Notes under the pieces: model-generated
The model's database searches: none
What the model saw: the letters and a program-made list of their open reading frames with translations, nothing else
Told to the model about the DNA's origin: nothing
Shown: piece after piece, positions 16,805 to 18,329 of the stretch
Layout: every line of letters starts with the position of its first letter
Numbering within the stretch: the stretch's first letter is position 1
DNA from: Candidatus Oleincola secundus
GTDB taxonomy: Bacteria; Atribacterota; Phoenicimicrobiia; Phoenicimicrobiales; Stramentimicrobiaceae
Reading direction: 5' to 3'
Length of the DNA stretch: 18,329 nt
NCBI GenBank assembly: GCA_018400815.1
Contig: JAGYLS010000033.1
Location: 1-18,329 of the forward strand
Made by a program: the position numbers and the translations under genes

Positions 16805-17010
16805 TTTCAAAATGGTCAAACCCTTATCTCTCCGAAACTCTTATTCTTATTAGACTTTTCTCCTTTTTTACAAATTTTATTTCTAATATTTATTCTTGTT
16901 TAGAAAAAAATCTTGCCTTCTATCATAGACATTTAAAATTTAATATTTTGATACAATTCCATATGCTTAGCTGAATTTACAGAAAGTAATTTTATATTAT
17001 CAAAATTTAA

Positions 17011-17781
17011 CTAAAAACACAAAGGTCTTTTCTGAGGAATGCCATTTCTTCTGGGAAAATTCTCGGGCGTTAGGTTTGTTTTTCGAATAATAAGAATAGA
17101 ACGAACGTGTATAGAGTTTAATATTTTTATTAGATTTATACTTTCTAATGAGCCACCTAACTTTTCTACAACCCTTTGATTCAAATTCAATTCTTCCCAA
17201 TAGGAACTACCTTTAAATGCAATCATTATTCCACCTATTTTACATAGAGGAAGGCAATATTCAGCCAATATTCCAAGTGGGGCCACTGCTCTTGATAAGA
17301 CAATATGATACTTTTCCCTATGTTCTTTCATTTTCCCTAAATTTTCAGCTCTATTCTGAAGCACAAAGGTATTTTTTAGTCCCAACCTGCCTAATGTTGT
17401 ATCCAGAAATTCCTTTTTATTTTTTCTTGCCTCTAGTAGAGTCATTTTTGTCTCTGGTAAAAGTATCTTAATAGGAATCCCGGGAAAACCTGCTCCACTT
17501 CCGACATCAATTATCTTTTGTTTCTTACCAAAATTTTTGCTTTCACGATTAATTAATTGTACACACGAAAGTGAATCCAGGAAATGTTTATTAATAATAT
17601 CAGAGGATTCTCTGGTAGAAGTAATATTTATTTTTTTCTGATACTCCTGTATTGTTTTTAAATATATAATAAAATCATCGATGTTTTTAGTTGTTAGATT
17701 GATACCCATCGCCAGCGAACCAATTAAGATATCTTTCCTAAAATTGTTCTCTTTTATAGTAGAATATTTTTTTTCTTCCAC
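17011..17781 (-). CDS. rsmG: 16S rRNA m7G527 methyltransferase RsmG (GidB)
   Basis: NITS, KHFLDSLS, IDVGSGAGFPGIP, LLEA, RAE, SRAVA, FKG and FPRRNGIPQKRPL. The start is uncertain: GTG 17781 is preferred over the track's 17853. Confidence 0.93.
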   Translation of the reverse strand: MEEKKYSTIKENNFRKDILIGSLAMGINLTTKNIDDFIIYLKTIQEYQKKINITSTRESSDIINKHFLDSLSCVQLINRESKNFGKKQKIIDVGSGAGFPGIPIKILLPETKMTLLEARKNKKEFLDTTLGRLGLKNTFVLQNRAENLGKMKEHREKYHIVLSRAVAPLGILAEYCLPLCKIGGIMIAFKGSSYWEELNLNQRVVEKLGGSLESINLIKILNSIHVRSILIIRKTNLTPENFPRRNGIPQKRPLCF

Positions 17782-18002
17782 AGCTTTTCCACAATTATTT
17801 TTTATATCCATTGTCAAAAAATCCTTAAGAATATTAAATAAATATTCTATCAATTAAAATATATTTTTTCTTGTCTCTGTAAGCCTTATATATATAGGTT
17901 TATACTAGCTTGCCTTTATTTGTATTTCAACTTATATTTTTTATAGATCACTACTGATGTAACAAACAACTTATTTATCTTTTTATTCACAAGTTATTCA
18001 CA
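17774..18002 (+). promoter_or_regulatory. DnaA-box cluster (candidate oriC or DnaA-regulated region)
   Basis: TCTTCCACA (17774-17782) with TTTTCCACA (17785-17793), and TTATTCACA (17983-17991) with TTATTCACA (17994-18002). Both pairs are co-oriented with 2-bp spacing in very AT-rich DNA. Another near match, TTCTTCACA, is at 18206-18214. Confidence 0.6.
17902..17930 (-). promoter_or_regulatory. Candidate promoter for rsmG-parAB
   Basis: Minus strand TTGAAA (17930-17925), 17-bp spacer, TAGTAT (17907-17902). Weak evidence in AT-rich DNA. Confidence 0.3.
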
Positions 18003-18216
18003 GCTAAAAACTAAATCATATATTTTTTATTTTATAACAAAATATTTTTATCGTTTCTTACAAAAACTAATATATTTAACGAAAAATACTTATCGTTTAA
18101 TATTTGGAGTTACTTCTTATACAAGTAAAATATTCTTTTTGTAAAAATATATTTTACTTCTATTTTTAAATCCCATCTATACAAATTAGATTATTTCTGC
18201 TGTTTTTCTTCACAGC

Positions 18217-18329
18217 AAATATCGCACCCTCATAGCGGGTGGCTTTAAGAAGCATCTAAAAGAAGCTTATTTTTTTGTTAGCCATTTCTCTCTGCTCTTT
18301 TCTCTTGTCTCTTATCCATCTTCTAAACG
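18217..18329 (-). mobile_element. IS200/IS605-family end relic, copy 2 (continues beyond window)
   Basis: 33/35 nt identical to 8407-8441. The second hairpin is AAGCATCT-AAA-AGAAGCTT (18250-18268). The minus-strand frame FRRWIRDKRKEQREMANKKISFF* ends at a TAG in the same hairpin position as in copy 1. Confidence 0.55.

Noticed and set aside
16729..17471. ORFs 16729..16974 (+), 17000..17200 (-) and 17217..17471 (+)
   Set aside because: They overlap parA, parS or rsmG in alternative frames or strands and have no recognisable features.
1..18329. CRISPR array, tRNA/rRNA, toxin-antitoxin or defence genes
   Set aside because: I found no regularly spaced repeats, cloverleaf or rRNA-like segments, or recognisable defence domains. 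The beta-CASP protein looks like the common housekeeping RNase type.

Overview
AT-rich bacterial chromosomal window, mostly housekeeping and probably close to the replication origin. Left part (+ strand): a 5'-truncated redoxin-fold protein with no CxxC, a tandem-DUF1573 lipoprotein, an MFS transporter, a Na+/Pi cotransporter and a PIG-L/BshB1-like protein that has lost its zinc ligands. Centre: a YidE/YbjL (AspT) transporter and a divergent CCA-type tRNA nucleotidyltransferase (- strand), then a Cys-rich MarR regulator with thioredoxin (+ strand). The MarR/thioredoxin unit has a consensus promoter, a candidate operator and a terminator. Right part (- strand): rsmG, a perfect parS, parA, parB, amaP, asp23, two DUF401 paralogues and a beta-CASP nuclease. 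The most notable non-coding signals are two copies of a double-hairpin element resembling decayed IS200-family ends (about 8407 and 18217), a perfect 29-bp inverted repeat (13908-13975) and paired DnaA boxes at and upstream of the rsmG start (candidate oriC). I see no CRISPR array, rRNA, tRNA or intact transposase, and no complete novel system can be shown from sequence alone. The best leads are the two apparent pseudo-enzymes, the IS200-like relics, the origin-like region and the parAB-amaP-asp23 linkage. All family assignments come from motif recognition by eye, not database searches.
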